Positions 9,275 through 19,017 are shown, counted from the first letter of the stretch. The stretch: DNA of 64,000 nucleotides from Gammaproteobacteria bacterium (GCA_028817405.1 JAPPPS010000090.1:22570-86569); one strand, 5' to 3'. The notes: a model not told the origin generated them from the letters alone. A program made the numbers and translations.

Positions 9275-11215
9275 TCATTCGGCGCGGTGAGCGGCGGCCG
9301 CGCCGGCGTCTTGATTGGCATTCGTGGAATCCGCGGCATCCGCAACATCCGCAACATCCGGATGGTCCGCCGCTTCCTTTTGCAACTTCCACATCTGCGC
9401 GTATAAACCGTCGCGCGCCAACAATGCATCGTGCGCGCCTTGTTCGACGATGCGTCCTTGGTCGAGAACGATGATTTCATCCGCGCCGACGATGGTGGAC
9501 AATCTGTGCGCGATAACCACGGTGGTGCTGTTTTGCGCCACGCGTTCCAGCGCCAACTGAATGGCTTTTTCGGCGCGGCTGTCGAGCGATGAAGTGGCTT
9601 CGTCGAAGATAAGAATCGGCGCGCCCTTGAGCGCGGCGCGGGCGATGGCCACGCGCTGCTTCTCGCCGCCGGAAAGTTTCAAACCGCGCTCGCCGACTAA
9701 GATGTCGTAGCCTTGTGGATGTTGCGCGATGAACTCATCGAGGCGCGCGATGCGGGCCGCTTCGGCAATTTCTTCGCGCGCCGCTTGCGGACGGCCGTAG
9801 GCGATGTTGTAGCCGATGCTCGCGTTGAACAGCACCGTGTCCTGCGGCACCACGCCCATGGCGGCGCGCAAACTGGATAAGGTGACCGCGCGCAAGTCTT
9901 GGCCGTCGATGAGAATTCGCCCGGCGGCCGGGTCGTAGAAGCGCAGCAGCAGCCGCGACAGCGTTGACTTGCCGGCCCCGGACGGGCCGACCACCGCCAC
10001 CATGCGCCCGCCCGGCACCTGGAAGTCGATGTCGCGCAACGCCATGCGTACGGTGTTGTCATTGGCGTCGCCGATTTTGTAAGCAAACGACACTTTATCG
10101 AATCGAATCGCGCCGTTGTCGACGCGCAATGCTTTGGCGTTCGGCGACTCCACCACTTCGGGTTTGATGTCCAGCAAGCCGAACATGTCATGCATATCGA
10201 CCAGCGAATGATTGATGTCGCGGTAAATCGAGCCCATAAAATTTAGCGGGATATACAACTGAATCAAGAACGCGTTAATCATCACAAAGTCGCCGAGCGT
10301 GAGCGCGCCGCTCGCCACGCCTTGCGCCGCCAACCACAACAGCGCGGTCAAACCGCCGGCTACAATCGCCGCTTGGCCGATGTTGAGCCACGCCAAAGTG
10401 CTGTTGCTTTTCAGCGACGCGCGCACCCAACCCATGAGCGAGTCGCCGTAGCGCGTCGCTTCCATGTTCTCGTTGCCGAACAGTTTCACCGTCTCGTAGT
10501 TCAGCAGCGAATCCAACGCCAAGCCATGCGCTTCCGACTCGGCGCGGTTCATCTGCACGCGAAACTGCACTCGCCACCGCGTCATCTTCACGGTGAATAT
10601 GCTGTATAAAACGACAACGCCCACCGTAATCGCCGCAAACTGAATCTCAAACTGCACCAACAAAACCGTCACTACCGCAAGCAACTCAAACGCCACCGGA
10701 ATAATGTTGAACACGAACATGCGCAGGAAGCCGGAGACCGCGCCGGTGCCGCGTTCTAAACCGCGCGACAACACGCCGCTTTTGCGGTCGAGATGAAACC
10801 CGAGCGACAAGTCATGCAGATGGCGCAGCACCTCGGTCGAGATGCGGTGAATGATTTGCACGCTGGCGCGCGAGAACACCACATTGCGCAACTCGTTAAA
10901 CAACACCGACGCGAACCGCAGCGCGCCATAACCGACCACCAACGCCAGCGCCACGCCGACCGCAACGCCGGCGGAATCGGAAGCAAAACCGGAAACGGAA
11001 TCGGAGACCGAATTCGCGCCCGCGGACATCCCCTCCAACGCATCGACGATGAACTTCAACACAATCGGCACCGACACATTGGCGCTGCGCGCCAGCACCA
11101 ACAACGCCAACCCCGCGCCCACGCGCCAGCGATACTCCCACAGATACGGCAGCAACCGCTTGACCGTCGTCAAGTTGCCCCTCTTGTCATCTCGAATGTT
11201 GAAGCGAACCGCCAT
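9275..11215 (-). CDS. ABC transporter, fused permease/ATPase, ATM1/HMT1-type (ABCB) exporter
   Basis: A six-TM N-terminal domain is followed by Walker A GPSGAGKST, signature LSGGEKQR and Walker B LIFDEATSSLD. The C-terminal tail carries a short repeat (DVADVADAAD). Confidence 0.85.
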   Translation of the reverse strand: MAVRFNIRDDKRGNLTTVKRLLPYLWEYRWRVGAGLALLVLARSANVSVPIVLKFIVDALEGMSAGANSVSDSVSGFASDSAGVAVGVALALVVGYGALRFASVLFNELRNVVFSRASVQIIHRISTEVLRHLHDLSLGFHLDRKSGVLSRGLERGTGAVSGFLRMFVFNIIPVAFELLAVVTVLLVQFEIQFAAITVGVVVLYSIFTVKMTRWRVQFRVQMNRAESEAHGLALDSLLNYETVKLFGNENMEATRYGDSLMGWVRASLKSNSTLAWLNIGQAAIVAGGLTALLWLAAQGVASGALTLGDFVMINAFLIQLYIPLNFMGSIYRDINHSLVDMHDMFGLLDIKPEVVESPNAKALRVDNGAIRFDKVSFAYKIGDANDNTVRMALRDIDFQVPGGRMVAVVGPSGAGKSTLSRLLLRFYDPAAGRILIDGQDLRAVTLSSLRAAMGVVPQDTVLFNASIGYNIAYGRPQAAREEIAEAARIARLDEFIAQHPQGYDILVGERGLKLSGGEKQRVAIARAALKGAPILIFDEATSSLDSRAEKAIQLALERVAQNSTTVVIAHRLSTIVGADEIIVLDQGRIVEQGAHDALLARDGLYAQMWKLQKEAADHPDVADVADAADSTNANQDAGAAAAHRAE

Positions 11216-11336
11216 GTGTCGGATGGCTTGAGATGAATCGAGACGGTCGCGCCGCCGGCGATGCCGGCGATGGTGGTGCCGACGGTTTGCGGTCGCGATG
11301 TTTTTGCGACCCCGCGGTCGAGACGCGTTTGCGCCG

Positions 11337-12722
11337 CTAATGCCTCGACCCGAGGAAATTCAGGAGGTCGATGTCGGTGATGATGCCGAGCAGGTTGTCG
11401 CCGTCGTCGGGGTCGGTGACCAGCGGCACTTTGCCTTCGGTGACCAGTTTGGAGACGCGCTCGATGGAATCGCCGGCGGTGACATATTCGACCGAGGTGT
11501 CGACCAGGCTCTCGACCGGGTCATCGACGCCGGATTGCTGGGCGTAGAGCGATTTGAGAATCACGCTCTCGCGCACGATGCCCTTAATCCAGCCGTTCTC
11601 GTCCAGCACCGGCATCTGGCTGACCCCGGCTTCGCTGAGTTGGGCGATGACCGCGGAGATTTTGTCGCTTTGATTCGCCTTGATGAGGTCGCCGGGTTTT
11701 TTGTCGAGCGCGCGCAGCAAGTCGCCGACATTGCCGGTCTTCGATTCGAGGAATCCGACTTCGCGCATCCAGTCGTCGTCATACACTTTGGAACTGTACC
11801 GGTTGCCGCTGTCGGGGAAGATGATGAGAACATTCTTGCCGTCCATGCGCGCGCCCTGGCTGCGCACCCACTTCATCGCGCCGACAAACGCGCTGCCGGA
11901 TGACACCCCGGCGTAGATGCCTTCGCTGGTCAGCAACTCGCGCGTCTTCAAGAACGATTCTTTGTCGCCGACTTGCACCATGTCGTCGATTTGCTCGAAG
12001 TCGTAGTTGCCGGGGATGAAGTCCTCGCCGATGCCTTCGATGAGATAGCCTTCGGCCGGGGTTTTGTTCTCGCCGGTTTTGAAAGTTTCAAACACGATGG
12101 AGCCGACCGGGTCCACGGCCACGACCTCCACGCCCGGTTTGTTTTCCTTCAAGTATTTGCCGACGCCGGTGACGGTGCCGCCGGTGCCGATGCCGGCCAC
12201 GAACACATCGATGTCCGGCATCTGCGCGAGAATTTCCGGGCCGGTGTGCTGGTAGTGGTAGTCGCGGTTGGAGAGGTTGTTGTATTGGTCGATGTACAGC
12301 GAGTTGGGAATCTCCTGCGCCATGCGCCTTGACACCGAATAATAACTGCGCGGGTCGTCCGGCTCGACCGCGGTCGGCGTGACCACCACTTTGGCGCCGA
12401 ACGAGCGCAAGTTTTTGATTTTCTCCTGCGACATTTTGTCCGGCAGAATGAACACGCACTGGTAGCCCTTAATCGCCGCGGCCATCGCCAGGCCGACGCC
12501 GGTGTTGCCGCTGGTGCCTTCGATAATCGTGCCGCCGGGCTGCAGCGCGCCGCGCCGCTCGGCGTCCTCAATCATCCAGTAGCCGATGCGGTCCTTAATC
12601 GACCCGCCGGGATTGGTGAACTCCAGTTTGGCGTACAGATTGGCGCGCGCGCCACGCGCCACGCGGTTCAACCGCACCACCGGCGTATTGCCGATGGCTT
12701 CGATGATGGAATCGTAGAGCAT
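11337..12722 (-). CDS. Cystathionine beta-synthase (PLP domain plus tandem CBS domains)
   Basis: PLP-enzyme N-terminus (NTPVVRLNR...KLEFTNPGGSIKDRIG...GTSGNTGVGLA) with a C-terminal CBS pair (VSQMPVLDENGWIKGIV...VPLVTDPDDGDNLLGIITDIDLL). Confidence 0.85.
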   Translation of the reverse strand: MLYDSIIEAIGNTPVVRLNRVARGARANLYAKLEFTNPGGSIKDRIGYWMIEDAERRGALQPGGTIIEGTSGNTGVGLAMAAAIKGYQCVFILPDKMSQEKIKNLRSFGAKVVVTPTAVEPDDPRSYYSVSRRMAQEIPNSLYIDQYNNLSNRDYHYQHTGPEILAQMPDIDVFVAGIGTGGTVTGVGKYLKENKPGVEVVAVDPVGSIVFETFKTGENKTPAEGYLIEGIGEDFIPGNYDFEQIDDMVQVGDKESFLKTRELLTSEGIYAGVSSGSAFVGAMKWVRSQGARMDGKNVLIIFPDSGNRYSSKVYDDDWMREVGFLESKTGNVGDLLRALDKKPGDLIKANQSDKISAVIAQLSEAGVSQMPVLDENGWIKGIVRESVILKSLYAQQSGVDDPVESLVDTSVEYVTAGDSIERVSKLVTEGKVPLVTDPDDGDNLLGIITDIDLLNFLGSRH

Positions 12723-12909
12723 GATGTTTCCCCGTTGGTGTTGGCAAGGCTGGCGTTGGCAGCGCCGGCAAGACGGCGACCGCGCGCGGATGCGCGGATG
12801 AACGGTCGCCGAGCGGCGCGAATAAACGCGACTTTACACGATAGCCACGCGGATTCCATCATGCGCACGGTGGTTTGTGCGGCGGTGACGGCGGGGCTTT
12901 AATTCGCAA

Positions 12910-12975
12910 TTCCTGATGGTAGAGAAACAAGGAGCGAATGCGCCACTATTTCTCACCAATCAGGAAGCCAGAGTC
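12910..12975. repeat. Structured REP/MITE-like hairpin element, diverged third copy of the 31065/31666 hairpin
   Basis: TTCCTGA-TGGT-a-GAGAAA ... TTTCTC-ACCA-a-TCAGGAA followed by GCCAGAGTC. It has the same three-helix layout as the copies at 31065-31121 and 31666-31722, with compensatory changes. Confidence 0.7.
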
Positions 12976-13032
12976 CCCCGCTCGTGGGCGAGGGCAGGAT
13001 TTAATTGACCTGACGAGGAATCGACGGAAATG

Positions 13033-13063
13033 CTCTGGACTCCGGCTTTCGCCGGAGTGGCAG
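13033..13063. repeat. REP palindrome (CTCTGGACTCCGGC-N4-GCCGGAGTGGCAG)
   Basis: A perfect 7-bp stem CTCCGGC/GCCGGAG. The same unit recurs at 30980, 31213, 31360, 34842 and 52911. Confidence 0.85.
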
Positions 13064-13275
13064 AAATGACACCCGCAGCGCGCGCGGCCGGGTTTGCGCG
13101 GCGGGCGAACGCGGTTATACTTAACCATCGCAAACATCTGCCGCAACCATCGCCGTCCGCCGCAAACGCCACCGTCGCCGCGTCTGTCGGACCCACACGC
13201 CGCATCCTCCGCAAACACCGTCCGACACATCCACCGCATCCGCAACCGTTGCACCCGTAACCACCCGCCAACGCC

Positions 13276-14352
13276 ATGTTTTACCGCGAAGCCGGTAATT
13301 TTCATACCAACTACCGCGCTGACCAGCAGACTTTTCCGCTGGCGGTGGACCGGTGGACGGTGCGCGCGGTGGTGGCGTTCGCGTTTTTGGCGGTGCCGTT
13401 CATCATCAACGACTACTGGGAGAAGTCGGTGCTGGTGCCGTTTTTGGTGTGGTCGATGGCGGCGCTGGGTTTGAATATCTTAACCGGCTACTGTGGCCAG
13501 GTGAGCCTCGGCACCGGCGGTTTCATGGCGGTCGGCGCGTACGCCTGCTACAAACTCATGACCGCGTTCCCCGAACTCAACATGTTCGCGGTGGTGATTT
13601 TGTCCGGCGGGGTGACGGCCGCGGTCGGCATGGTGTTCGGCTTGCCGAGTTTAAAAATCAAGGGTTTTTATTTGGCGGTGGCGACGCTCGCGGCGCAGTT
13701 CTTTTTGGTGTGGCTGTTCAACAAAGTGCCGTGGTTTTACAACTACTCCGCGTCCGGGCAAATCTCGGCCCCGGCGCGCGAGATGTTCGGCGTGCCGGTC
13801 ACCGGGCCGGCCACGCCGCCGTGGGCCTCGTATTTGTTTTGCTTGACGCTGGTCGCGCTGTTTGCGGTGATTGCGCGCAACCTGACGCGCGGGCGCATCG
13901 GGCGTTCATGGATGGCGATTCGCGACATGGACATCGCCGCGGAAATCATCGGCGTGCCGCCGCTGTCGGCGAAGTTGTCGGCGTTCGCGGTCAGTTCGTT
14001 TTATATCGGCGTGGCCGGCGCGCTGTTCTTCGCGGTTTATCTCGGCGCCGCCGAGCCGACCGAAGCGTTCGGCATCGACAAATCGTTTCTGGTGCTGTTT
14101 ATGATTATCATCGGCGGCTTGGGCTCCATCTTCGGCTCGTTCATCGGCGCGGCGTTCTTGACCCTGCTGCCGGTGTTGATGAAGAATATCCTGGTCGGCG
14201 GCTTGGGCTGGCCGACTGATTTGGCGGCGCACCTCATCTTGATGATGGTCGGCGCGCTGATACTCCTGTTTCTCATCGCCGAACCGCACGGCCTGGCGCA
14301 GTTATGGCGCATCGCAAAAGAGAAACTGCGACTGTGGCCGTTCCCGCACTAA
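13276..14352 (+). CDS. livM: Branched-chain amino-acid-type ABC transporter permease (LivM-like)
   Basis: LNILTGYCGQVSLGTGGFMAVGAYACYKL and a multi-TM profile are typical of LivM. Confidence 0.85.
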   Translation: MFYREAGNFHTNYRADQQTFPLAVDRWTVRAVVAFAFLAVPFIINDYWEKSVLVPFLVWSMAALGLNILTGYCGQVSLGTGGFMAVGAYACYKLMTAFPELNMFAVVILSGGVTAAVGMVFGLPSLKIKGFYLAVATLAAQFFLVWLFNKVPWFYNYSASGQISAPAREMFGVPVTGPATPPWASYLFCLTLVALFAVIARNLTRGRIGRSWMAIRDMDIAAEIIGVPPLSAKLSAFAVSSFYIGVAGALFFAVYLGAAEPTEAFGIDKSFLVLFMIIIGGLGSIFGSFIGAAFLTLLPVLMKNILVGGLGWPTDLAAHLILMMVGALILLFLIAEPHGLAQLWRIAKEKLRLWPFPH

Positions 14353-14446
14353 AATGACGGCGGCCGCGGCGGCGATGCATCACGACGCATCAACCGCGCG
14401 CCGCTGAACTTCCACCTGCATTCCATCCGACATCGAGGAGGACAAC

Positions 14447-15742
14447 ATGAAACTCACTAAACCTGTCACCACCGTGCTGGCCGCGGTCGCCATGGCCGCC
14501 GGCGCCGGTACCGCCGCCGCGGACTTGGTCTTTCCGTCGCTCAGTTACCGCACCGGCGCGTACGCCGCCAACGGCATTCCGTATTTTGACGGTTACGCCG
14601 ATTACATGACGCTACTGAACGAGCGCGACGGCGGCATCGGCGGCGTGCGCGCGCGCGTCATCGAATGCGAGACCGCCTACAACACCGAAAAGGGCGTGGA
14701 GTGCTACGAGTCGACCAAAGGCGAAGGCGCGCTGGTGTATCAGCCGATGTCCACCGGCATCACCTACCAGTTGATTCCCAAGGCCACCGCCGACGACATT
14801 CCGATTCACTCCATGGGCTACGGCCGCACCTCGGCCGCCAACGGCCGCGTGTTCAGCCATGTGTTCAACTATCCGGGCACTTACTGGGACGCGGCGTCGA
14901 TTATCGTCAAGCACATCGACGACGAAGAAGGCGGCGACTTGCGCGGCAAAAACATCGCGCTGGTCTACCACAACTCGGCGTACGGCAAAGAGCCGATTCG
15001 CACGCTGCGCGAGTTGGCGGGCAAGCACGGTTACCGGCTGACCGAGATTCCGGTTGACCATCCGGGCCAGGAGCAGAAGTCGCAGTGGCTGCAAGTGCGG
15101 CGCGAGCGGCCGGACTATGTGATTATGTGGGGCTGGGGCGTGATGAACCAGGTGGCGATTAAGGAGGCCGCGAACATCCGCTTCCCCATGGACAAGTTCA
15201 TCGGCGTGTGGTGGTCCGGCTCGGAGAACGATGTGCTGCCGGTCGGCGCCGGCGCGCACGGCTACAAAGCGGTGTCGTTCCATGGCGTCGGCGAGGACTA
15301 TCCGATTTACCGCGACATCAAACGCTATGTCATCGACCGCGGCAAAGCCTCCGGCGACGGCAACCAACTCGGCACGGTGCTGTACAACCGCGGCATGTAC
15401 GCGGCGCTGTTGGCCGCCGAAGCGGCGCGCACCGCGCAACGCATGCACGGTGTCGCCGACATCACCTCGGGGCAGATGCGCGACGGCATGGAAGCGCTGA
15501 AGATGACGCGCGCGCGCATGACCGAACTCGGCGTGCCGAACTTCGGGCCGGAAATCAACGTCTCCTGCGCCAACCACGGTAACCCGGGCCTGGGCGCGAT
15601 TCAACAGTGGGACGCGAACGCCAAAGCATGGTCGCTGATTACCGACTTCACCGAAGCCGACCGCGCGGTGGTCGACCCCCTCATCGCCGAAGACTCCGCC
15701 GCCTACGCCGCGGAAAACAACATCACACCGCGGGATTGCTGA
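14447..15742 (+). CDS. Liv-type ABC transporter periplasmic substrate-binding protein
   Basis: Signal peptide MKLTKPVTTVLAAVAMAAGAGTAAA. The protein is 431 aa of type-I periplasmic binding-protein character and sits between livM and livF. Confidence 0.85.
   Translation: MKLTKPVTTVLAAVAMAAGAGTAAADLVFPSLSYRTGAYAANGIPYFDGYADYMTLLNERDGGIGGVRARVIECETAYNTEKGVECYESTKGEGALVYQPMSTGITYQLIPKATADDIPIHSMGYGRTSAANGRVFSHVFNYPGTYWDAASIIVKHIDDEEGGDLRGKNIALVYHNSAYGKEPIRTLRELAGKHGYRLTEIPVDHPGQEQKSQWLQVRRERPDYVIMWGWGVMNQVAIKEAANIRFPMDKFIGVWWSGSENDVLPVGAGAHGYKAVSFHGVGEDYPIYRDIKRYVIDRGKASGDGNQLGTVLYNRGMYAALLAAEAARTAQRMHGVADITSGQMRDGMEALKMTRARMTELGVPNFGPEINVSCANHGNPGLGAIQQWDANAKAWSLITDFTEADRAVVDPLIAEDSAAYAAENNITPRDC
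15703..15732. repeat. Left copy of a 30-nt direct repeat (att-like), covering the last codons of the SBP gene
   Basis: CTACGCCGCGGAAAACAACATCACACCGCG matches 21952-21981 at 29 of 30 positions. Confidence 0.85.
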
Positions 15743-15850
15743 GTATGTTCCGTGGGCGGTCGCCGGCAACGGCGGCCGCTCGCGGAATTACGGAGACGGA
15801 CGGTGTGTAAAACCGAAATCGAGCGCCGCGCATCAGGGCGGCTTTAGGTC

Positions 15851-17671
15851 GTGGCGGAGTCGACGACAAAGCCGCGTTATGTGCGGGTTAAATCGCGCGC
15901 CTTAAAGGGTGAAGACACCGTCTTGCGGCTGGCCGGTGGCAAGACCCGGAATTGTCGTCGATTCATTCCGGTGACGAAAGGCGACCGCATTCGTTTTGAC
16001 GGCAAAAAGACATGGGTCAAATTGCCCAACAAGCGGGGTGAAGTCCAAATCGAACCGGGGTGGCGGTCGTGGGGGTATCTTTGCCTCAACGGCAAGCGCA
16101 TTCGGGTAACGTTCAAAGAAATTATAACGCAAGCCGAACTGGATGCCTATCACATGCTCACAAGGTTTCATTACCGAGGCAACGGTGGCGCATGCCGACG
16201 TGTGCCGCTGATTGCCAAAGTGAATGTTTGGAACCTGCCGAAGGTGGTCGGGTTTGTCGAACTCTCGTCAAGTTTGCTCGTCAACGCCGAGCGCAAACGA
16301 AACGTTCTTGACCACCCTTATCAAGACACCACTCATCATGGTGTTGGTTGGAAAATGTGGGACTGGAAAAGCGCAAAAAAATACACCAACGCCATCGTGC
16401 GTATTTCGCGCTGCGTGGTGTACCCCGAATTGCGCGGGGCGGGGCTGTCGCCCATGCTCGCGGATGCGGCGGTTAACTATGCCCGAGAGCGCTGGCACAT
16501 CGGCGGCTTGCGGCCGTGTTTCATTGAAATCATCGCCGAGATGTTGCGCTATTGGCCGTTCGTGGAAAAAACCGGCTTTGTCAAAGTCGGCGAAACCGAA
16601 GGCAACCTGAAGCGCGCGCGCACCGCCATGGAGTATTTGTTGCGGCGCAAAGAAAACGGACGCGGCTACCCGAAAGGCGGCGGCGGCATTATGTCCATGC
16701 ATCGCATGCACGCTGAACAACTCGCCGAGATTCAACAAACCCGTGGCGTTTCGGTGGCCGAAATTCTCCGTTTGCTGGAGCAATCCCCGGACAAACTCGA
16801 CGCCCGCGACTGGGTTTCGTTGCACGACATACTGCGGCGCAAAAAACCCACTTACATGCTCGGCTTAACGCCGTCCGCGAGCGAACATTTGCAAAAATGT
16901 CTCGGTGCATCCGCTTCCGGTCGCCCGGATTCTCATGCGCCCGGTCACCGTTGCGAAACGCATGGCGAAATCGCCGGCATGAAAATTTCCGCGACCGCCA
17001 TGCCGCAAAATTCCGCGCGGTGTCGCCGCGTCCAAGAAGCCTTCGGCATCGTCAGCACCGAATTTAATTCGGTCATCGCGGACCGGCTGGATGTCAAATT
17101 CGAACCGGGCAAAATCGTCTTGGTGAGCGGCTCGAGCGGCGTCGGCAAATCGGCGTTTTTGCGCGCAGTGCGCCATCTGCTTACGGGCAACACCAAGTTG
17201 CCCGACGGCATGCGCGTTGAGTCCGACAACGCGGTTAAGGCGAAGCGCGTCGCGCAACTGCAAAAACCGCCGCGCAACAAAGCGCCGATTGATTTGTTGA
17301 GTCGTTACGACCTTGACGATTCAATGCGCATCCTGGCCCAAGCCGGGCTGGCCGAAGCGCATTTGTTTGTGCGCCCGTCGTTCACGCTCAGCGTGGGGCA
17401 ATCTTACCGTCTCGCGCTGGCGTTGGCGTTGGCAAAAAAGCCGGATGTGCTTTTGATTGACGAATTCTGCGAGCCGCTCGATGAATACACGAGCGCGGTG
17501 ATTTGCCGTAAAATCCGCAAAGCCGCCACGAAAGACGGCATTAGCGTGGTTGTGGCGACCGCCGATGCGCGCAAGGTGTTGCAGGAGTTGCAACCCGACC
17601 GCGTATTGTTGCTGTTGTCCAGCGGCCGGCACGAGTGGCGCGACGGCAAGAAAATCGATTTAGCGCGATGA
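15851..17671 (+). CDS. GNAT-like acetyltransferase domain fused to a C-terminal ABC-type ATPase domain (island gene 1)
   Basis: The GNAT-like core lies around aa 95-250 (ISRCVVYPELRGAGLSPMLADAAVNYA). The C-terminal ABC module has Walker A GSSGVGKS, signature LSVGQSYR and Walker B LLIDEFCEPLD. GTG start; low G+C. Confidence 0.7.
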   Translation: MAESTTKPRYVRVKSRALKGEDTVLRLAGGKTRNCRRFIPVTKGDRIRFDGKKTWVKLPNKRGEVQIEPGWRSWGYLCLNGKRIRVTFKEIITQAELDAYHMLTRFHYRGNGGACRRVPLIAKVNVWNLPKVVGFVELSSSLLVNAERKRNVLDHPYQDTTHHGVGWKMWDWKSAKKYTNAIVRISRCVVYPELRGAGLSPMLADAAVNYARERWHIGGLRPCFIEIIAEMLRYWPFVEKTGFVKVGETEGNLKRARTAMEYLLRRKENGRGYPKGGGGIMSMHRMHAEQLAEIQQTRGVSVAEILRLLEQSPDKLDARDWVSLHDILRRKKPTYMLGLTPSASEHLQKCLGASASGRPDSHAPGHRCETHGEIAGMKISATAMPQNSARCRRVQEAFGIVSTEFNSVIADRLDVKFEPGKIVLVSGSSGVGKSAFLRAVRHLLTGNTKLPDGMRVESDNAVKAKRVAQLQKPPRNKAPIDLLSRYDLDDSMRILAQAGLAEAHLFVRPSFTLSVGQSYRLALALALAKKPDVLLIDEFCEPLDEYTSAVICRKIRKAATKDGISVVVATADARKVLQELQPDRVLLLLSSGRHEWRDGKKIDLAR

Positions 17672-19014
17672 AATCGACCAAGAAAATTTTCACCAAAGCG
17701 CGGTTCAGCACCGACGCAACCTCGACCAACCTCAACTTTGACCAAGGCGCGCGGGCGGTGACCATCGGGCGGGACCGCGGCATCCGCCACGGCTATGTCG
17801 GCCGCGTTTGCGAGTCATCAAAAGGCAAGAGCATTTTTGACGCCTCGGTGTGGATGAACACCAGTTTCCCCAGCGTCATCGGGGTGTTTGGCATGCGCGG
17901 CACCGGCAAGAGTTTTAACTTGGGCGTTTTTACCGAATGCCTGGCCGGCGACCGGCAAGTATGCACGGGCAATGACAAGTCGCCGGCGGTGGTGATTTTT
18001 GATGTGCAGAATCAATTTTGGACGTCGGCGATGCAACCGACCGCCGAGCATGACTCCGCCCAACTGAAAATGCTCGCCCAATGGCATCTCAAACCAAGCG
18101 TGGTGCCGAATGTATGTTGCTGGACGCCGACCGGCAAAAAGTCGCCGCTTCCGGGCGCGCGGGAATACCAAATTCACCCCGACCAACTCGACAATTCCGA
18201 TTGGCTTGCACTGTTGGAGCAAGAACGGTATTCGCCGATGGGGCAGGCGTTAATCGAGTTGTTGCGCAAGGCGAAAGATTGCGTTCCGCGCGCCTTGGCG
18301 AAAACGCTTCACAATGCCGGCGCGTTGCCGTCGGCTCACCCGACTACGGTCGATGGGTTGCGCTGGCGTTTGGAGTCACTCGCCGAGTCCGACTTAATCG
18401 GCGCGCCGGGCGTGGACATCAAAGAACTGTTGGTGCCGGGCCGGGTGTCGGTCATGCTGTTGCGTGATTTGCCGGAGTCGTTGCGCGCACTGACCGCGGC
18501 CACGGTCGTGCGCCAACTCGCGGCGCGGATGACGCAGTTTCATCAAACGCGCCGCCTCGCCGAACGCGGCAAGGGCGCTGCGCCAAAGGTCGACCTCCCG
18601 CATCATTTATGGTGCATAATGGACGAAGCGCATGTGATTGCGCCGCGCGAAGGCAAAACGCCCGCAAACGCGCCGCTGGTGGACTATGTCAAACGCGGCC
18701 GCGATTCCGGGCTATCGTTGATTTTCGCCACGCAACAACCGTCCGCGGTCGACAACAAACTGATGAGCCAAGTTGACATCACATTCACCCATGCGCTCGG
18801 TTTTGAAACCGACGTGCAGGCCGCCATCGACCGCATGCCCACACGCAAGCCAGCCGTTTACCGTTGTGGCGGCGAAAAACTGTCAACTCCCGGCGACTTG
18901 ATTCGCTCGCTGAAACCGGGCGAAGCGATCATCGCCGATTCCGCAAGCCAACGACCGTTCATCGCGCAAATGCGCCCGCGGCTGTCGTTGCATGGCGGGG
19001 ATACGCCGACCTGA
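17668..19014 (+). CDS. HerA/FtsK-superfamily (DUF87-like) ATPase (island gene 2)
   Basis: ATGA overlap with gene 1. Walker A GMRGTGKS, Walker B LWCIMDEAHVIAP, and GRDSGLSLIFATQQPSAVDNKLMSQVDITFTHAL typical of HerA-like translocases. The N-terminus resembles a HAS barrel (HGYVGRV). Confidence 0.75.
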   Translation: MKSTKKIFTKARFSTDATSTNLNFDQGARAVTIGRDRGIRHGYVGRVCESSKGKSIFDASVWMNTSFPSVIGVFGMRGTGKSFNLGVFTECLAGDRQVCTGNDKSPAVVIFDVQNQFWTSAMQPTAEHDSAQLKMLAQWHLKPSVVPNVCCWTPTGKKSPLPGAREYQIHPDQLDNSDWLALLEQERYSPMGQALIELLRKAKDCVPRALAKTLHNAGALPSAHPTTVDGLRWRLESLAESDLIGAPGVDIKELLVPGRVSVMLLRDLPESLRALTAATVVRQLAARMTQFHQTRRLAERGKGAAPKVDLPHHLWCIMDEAHVIAPREGKTPANAPLVDYVKRGRDSGLSLIFATQQPSAVDNKLMSQVDITFTHALGFETDVQAAIDRMPTRKPAVYRCGGEKLSTPGDLIRSLKPGEAIIADSASQRPFIAQMRPRLSLHGGDTPT

Positions 19015-19017
19015 CCC

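Noticed and set aside
9255-9280. A GGTTCGATTC T-loop-like motif that suggested a tRNA.
   Set aside because: Only about 15 nt of intergenic space are available, and no acceptor or anticodon stems can be drawn.
14612-15769. A 385-aa minus-strand ORF.
   Set aside because: It is antisense to the Liv-type SBP gene and has high-G+C shadow-ORF composition.
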